A stretch of DNA of 64,000 nt from Methanomicrobiales archaeon (GTDB taxonomy: Archaea; Halobacteriota; Methanomicrobia; Methanomicrobiales; Methanospirillaceae). How positions within the stretch are numbered: position 1 is the first letter of the stretch; each line of letters begins with the position of its first letter. The notes under the pieces are model-generated. The model did not search any database. It had not been told where the DNA came from and was given only the letters and a program-made list of their open reading frames with translations. Below, piece after piece: positions 59,958 through 64,000 of this stretch. The translations under genes were made by a program, and so were the position numbers. Location: contig JBAXJR010000001.1 in NCBI GenBank assembly GCA_037137755.1, positions 96,001 through 160,000 on the forward strand, written 5' to 3'.

Positions 59958-61421
59958 CTAACTCCTCACCACGATCAATCGGGGTTTGGTCACCGTAAAT
60001 GTGTCACGGGAATCTGTCACTTTCAATATTACTGTATAGATATCGACCGCGAATTTCCTTTCTGAATTATCATTTACACGAATACTTGGATCATTCGTAA
60101 CCCAGGGACCGTAGTGATGGCCGACAGGATCATAAGCTCCAACGAATTCCCACGTATACAATGTGCTTGTATCAGGCCTGAATGAAGGTCGGATGGCAGA
60201 CCTAAATGAATAGATCGATCTCGTTGAGTATGCGGTGAACAAGATTGGCTGTCCGGAACCTACCCCATATCTGTCTGCACTGAAGTACGTATTCCCGTTA
60301 ATTCCACTTCTCAGGAGGTATAAGTTACCAGAATCACTGGATACTGTGGTTGTAGCACTATCAGAAAGGCCATTTTTCGTTACTGTCAGGGTAACTGTGA
60401 ACTTTCCTGGCATAAATCCATGTGTTACGTTGCTGCCGGTTGCAGTGGTACCATCCCCAAAATTCCATGACCAGCTACCCACAGGGGGACTGGTAAGATT
60501 ACCAGTAGATGCGATACCTTCGAACTTGACTGGTCGCCCTTCAACGATGTTTGGCGGGGTCGCAGTGAGAATCGCTTTCGGATAGACTTGAAGTGTTCTT
60601 GTTGTGGAATCAGTTGTCCCTCCATTACCATTGACCGTTAACCTGATTGTGTAGGTATTCGCCGTATCAAATGTTTTGTTGAATACTGCTGCGTTGGTTG
60701 GCCAGGTCTGGTTCCATGCCTCAAAACCCCAGACATAGGATAATGTTGGTCCTCCTGTTGATGCAGATGAATTAAACTGGAATGAGGTAATATCGGCAAA
60801 TCCTGTTGACGGGGTGATAGTGAAATCAGCCTTTGGATTAACCGTAATGGTCATGTTTGCAGATGTATTTGACATGGAATTCCTTGTGGATGTCAGGTTG
60901 ACAGTATAAACACCGCTCTTAAGGAAGGTGTGCGCCGGATTTCTGCTAGTGTTAGTGATACCCTGGTCACCAAACTGCCAAAACCATTGGTCCGGATTTC
61001 CGAATGATGTATCAGTGAACTGGACAGTCAATGGGGCATAGCCGGTGGTTGTTGTTGCAGTAAACTGTGCAAGTGGGAATACGTTCACAATATTTTGCGC
61101 ACTACTAGTTTCTGAAACATTCCATACCACCATGTTCACATTATACGACCCCGCTGTCTCAAAAAGATGGGATGCATTCTGTACCGTAACTGGAGGTGTA
61201 CCATCCTGGAAATACCAGGTCCAATTGATCATCGGTCCTCCAGTCGATGTATCAGTGAACTGAACACCCAACGGTGCATTTCCTGATGCCGGACTGCGGA
61301 TAAAACTTGCCACAGGTGCTGCTGTAACATAGCTAGCAGACCCGAATAGCAATAATACAAAGAAAAGCACGAGAACACATTTCAGTCGCCCCGTACTCTT
61401 GATTTCATCATACGTCTTCAT
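59958..61421 (-). CDS. Secreted PKD-repeat protein (4 PKD + divergent fifth domain)
   Basis: Signal peptide, VQFTDTS...W.W.FGD repeats, no anchor. Confidence 0.88.
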   Translation of the reverse strand: MKTYDEIKSTGRLKCVLVLFFVLLLFGSASYVTAAPVASFIRSPASGNAPLGVQFTDTSTGGPMINWTWYFQDGTPPVTVQNASHLFETAGSYNVNMVVWNVSETSSAQNIVNVFPLAQFTATTTTGYAPLTVQFTDTSFGNPDQWFWQFGDQGITNTSRNPAHTFLKSGVYTVNLTSTRNSMSNTSANMTITVNPKADFTITPSTGFADITSFQFNSSASTGGPTLSYVWGFEAWNQTWPTNAAVFNKTFDTANTYTIRLTVNGNGGTTDSTTRTLQVYPKAILTATPPNIVEGRPVKFEGIASTGNLTSPPVGSWSWNFGDGTTATGSNVTHGFMPGKFTVTLTVTKNGLSDSATTTVSSDSGNLYLLRSGINGNTYFSADRYGVGSGQPILFTAYSTRSIYSFRSAIRPSFRPDTSTLYTWEFVGAYDPVGHHYGPWVTNDPSIRVNDNSERKFAVDIYTVILKVTDSRDTFTVTKPRLIVVRS

Positions 61422-61470
61422 AACTTCGCCACCTTGATCTTGTTACCAGATTTCCTGATGAAATTGGATA

Positions 61471-61481
61471 GATTTATATAC
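61471..61481 (-). promoter_or_regulatory. Putative TATA box of the surface-protein operon
   Basis: Minus strand GTATATAAATC about 50 nt upstream of ATG 61421. Confidence 0.5.
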
Positions 61482-62336
61482 CAATGAAATATGCGTTTCT
61501 GCATTCCACTGACTAAACCATTACCTCAGTCATCCTGAATTACCAATTGAATATAAATGACCTTGTATCTTTCATCTTTATAAACCTATTGGTGAATTTT
61601 GAGTATTTAGGCATGCACAATGACTGAATGGGTGAACTGGGGATGATCTGGAGGCGGTAGTTGAGAATATAAATCTAGTGATTGTTACCTTGAATTACTT
61701 CAATTTGCAGAGATATCAAAGTAAAACCTAATAATTGACCTGTTTTCCGTTTTTTGAATTTGAAATAGGATTGAATGATATTTCGTTTAATCATGTTTCC
61801 ATCCTAAAAATATAAATATCTATTAAAATGATTAGAATGCCACTATTCCCCAGAATATTCGATATTTACATTTGCGAGAATCTATCTGGCCTTAATGAAG
61901 TCAGATTTTGCGCGCTTTATGGGGTTTTTGAGTTATTTTAGTCTCTGGGAAAACACTTATTCTATATTTGCAATTTCTCTAATGTTTTGTATAAAAACCG
62001 AATTCCAAATAGGACTCAATATTTTGCATATAGGATGGTAGGATCCGATTCAATTACCTCTGCAATCCTCTGCTTCTGTCAATGGCGGTATAAAAGTAAA
62101 AAGATCTCTTCGACATAAGATGTGAGATGGAATGTTATTGATTTATAGCATTCCTGTCTAATTGGTAATGCGGTGTATTTCATTACATCAGGATCATAGG
62201 AGTGAGTATTCTTTACTCAGGGAGAACAGCTGATTGAATATTCATCCCCTTGATTGCGGGTAAAAATTAGTTACATATTACTCCGATATCTATGATCATT
62301 GGAGTAGGCAATACAAAATTAAAAAAAATGGATTTC

Positions 62337-64000
62337 TTAAGAAACCACAATATAACCAGACCTTGACAGCCCACTAGTCCCTTCAGAGTTTGATGCTTTT
62401 AATTTCACTGAATATATACCTGCTTTTAAGTACGTATGGGCGGGGTTCTGTTCATTAGAGGTTAAACCGTCACCAAATGTCCAGAGCCAACTTGTAGGAA
62501 TACCTGTCGAAAGGTCCTGGAAGGAGACGACGAGTGGCATTGTACCAGTCTTTGGGCTCGCTGTAAATCCTGCTTTCAGGACACCTGGATCAGGTGTCGG
62601 GGTCGGAGTTGGCGTAGGAGTTGGAGAAGATGTGGGTATTGGAGTCGGTGTAGGAGTCAGCGTTGGAGTGGGGCTTGGGGTTGGCGTAAATGTTGGAGTT
62701 GGTGAAACGGTAGGAGTGGGCGTTGGTCCTGAATTAGAAACAACTATATAACCAGATCTTGAAAGGCCATTTGACCCGGCAGAATTCGATGCTTTTAATT
62801 TTACAGAGTACATCCCCGGTTTAAGGTAGGTGTGGGTTGGGTTCTGTCCATTAGAGGTTGAACCGTCCCCGAATGTCCACGACCACGAGGTAGGTGAATT
62901 GATCGATTTATCGGTGAATTGAACAAATAATGGACTCCCGCCTTCCCGGGTTGATGCTACGAAATCCGCTTTTGGAGGAACATTTCCCGATTTCTGCAGG
63001 GTAATCAATAAGTCTGTTTTTTGTCCGGATATTATGGAAACTATTTGAGTAGTATCATCGTAACCACTCAGGCTGCACCTGATAATATGGCTCCCTGATG
63101 CCAGATTTGAAAGTGTTTTAGGTGTGACAAATCCCGTGTCAGTATAATCGAGATAAATCTTTGCGCCGGAGGGAGTAGATTGAATAAAAGCCGATCCGAA
63201 GGAGGGTGCATCTGGAGCAGTCCTCGCTATATCGCTTATCCAGGTCTGGTTAATCAGACCGGTGGTACCGACGGTATGGGTTGCAATAGTATGTGCGGTA
63301 TCAGGAATCAGTGACGATGCCGTGTAGGTCCGGATCCCTTTGGTCACATTGGTCTGGAATACACCATCCATGTAGACCATTACCTTCGAGAAGTCTGTTG
63401 AAGAAGGATCTGTCCAGGTCCATGTGATACTGGTCCGCTGGAACGTGGTGTTATCAAGGTTATTGATACTCGCGGGTGGGATAACAGGGGGTGTTACGTA
63501 TACCGTAATAGCCGAAAGTTTGGACGATGAGCCCGCACTATTGGATATCTTCAGGGTAATGTTAAAGGTTGTATCGGCTGTTGCAGTATACGTGTGTACC
63601 GGACTTGGCAATGCCGAATAAGTCCCATCGCCAAAGTCCCATAGGTAGGTTAGCGGTACTGAACCCGAAGAAGTATCGGTAAACTGGACAGACAACGGCG
63701 CGACTCCTGAGGACTTATTAGTATCGAAGTTTGCGACGGGTGCATCCATGGATGAGGTGACCGTAATGTACCCGGTCTTCCAGGTGTTGTACCACTTACC
63801 ATCGATGTAAACTTGATAGATTATTGCATATCTCCCTGGTTTTTCAAAGATATGAACCGGGTTATGCTGAGTAGACTGTGTACTGTCGCCAAAGACCCAG
63901 TACCACGATGTCGACCCGATGTCCCCAGTCGGGGTGAAGTTGACTGAAAGTGGTGCGTTACCAGACAGGGGTTGAGCTGAAAAATCTAATTTCTGGAGGG
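62337..64000 (-). CDS. PKD/FN3/PEGA surface protein, 5' end outside window
   Basis: The frame stays open from 63749 to the window edge (LDFSAQPLSGNAPL...WYWVFGD, an extra PKD). Then PKD, FN3-like (SITWTWTDP), PEGA (IQSTPSGAKIYLD), PKD, PT linker, PKD. Confidence 0.88.
   Translation of the reverse strand, partial: LQKLDFSAQPLSGNAPLSVNFTPTGDIGSTSWYWVFGDSTQSTQHNPVHIFEKPGRYAIIYQVYIDGKWYNTWKTGYITVTSSMDAPVANFDTNKSSGVAPLSVQFTDTSSGSVPLTYLWDFGDGTYSALPSPVHTYTATADTTFNITLKISNSAGSSSKLSAITVYVTPPVIPPASINNLDNTTFQRTSITWTWTDPSSTDFSKVMVYMDGVFQTNVTKGIRTYTASSLIPDTAHTIATHTVGTTGLINQTWISDIARTAPDAPSFGSAFIQSTPSGAKIYLDYTDTGFVTPKTLSNLASGSHIIRCSLSGYDDTTQIVSIISGQKTDLLITLQKSGNVPPKADFVASTREGGSPLFVQFTDKSINSPTSWSWTFGDGSTSNGQNPTHTYLKPGMYSVKLKASNSAGSNGLSRSGYIVVSNSGPTPTPTVSPTPTFTPTPSPTPTLTPTPTPIPTSSPTPTPTPTPTPDPGVLKAGFTASPKTGTMPLVVSFQDLSTGIPTSWLWTFGDGLTSNEQNPAHTYLKAGIYSVKLKASNSEGTSGLSRSGYIVVS
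62587..62730 (-). repeat. Pro-Thr repeat linker
   Basis: Degenerate 6-bp repeat encoding (PT)n between two similar PKD domains ending LSRSGYIVVS. Confidence 0.8.

Overview
Archaeal chromosomal window. Fae-Hps, DUF3821/PKD surface proteins and HTH-PAS regulators point to a Methanomicrobiales methanogen (Methanoregula/Methanolinea/Methanospirillum-like); this is an inference. Positions 1-48.3 kb are mostly housekeeping: hef (partial), glyS, fae-hps, purine and NAD salvage genes, nth, pyrH, aCPSF1-psmB, secG and three tRNAs (Trp with a C/D-box guide intron, Ala-GGC, Pro-TGG). This part also holds a phosphate/polyphosphate neighbourhood (two DUF47-PiT pairs, ppk1, ppx) containing a bacterial-type ruvCAB operon, and a ribosome-rescue cluster (pelA-rqcH divergent from EMC6-like-ABCE1). 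From 49.2 kb to the end is a cell-surface gene cluster. The best candidate for an undescribed system is the five-gene operon at 49890-61421. Two unnamed domains ('FYG' N-terminal, 'GWN' C-terminal) are distributed across its products like the tip, shaft and anchor parts of a self-assembling surface fibre or scaffold. Other highlights are a decayed tRNA-Ala 5' half directly upstream of an intact, sequence-divergent tRNA-Ala, and a DUF47-PiT paralog pair with coordinated signature-motif changes. No CRISPR array, rRNA, transposase or integrase was seen. All family calls are from motif recognition by eye; no database search was run.
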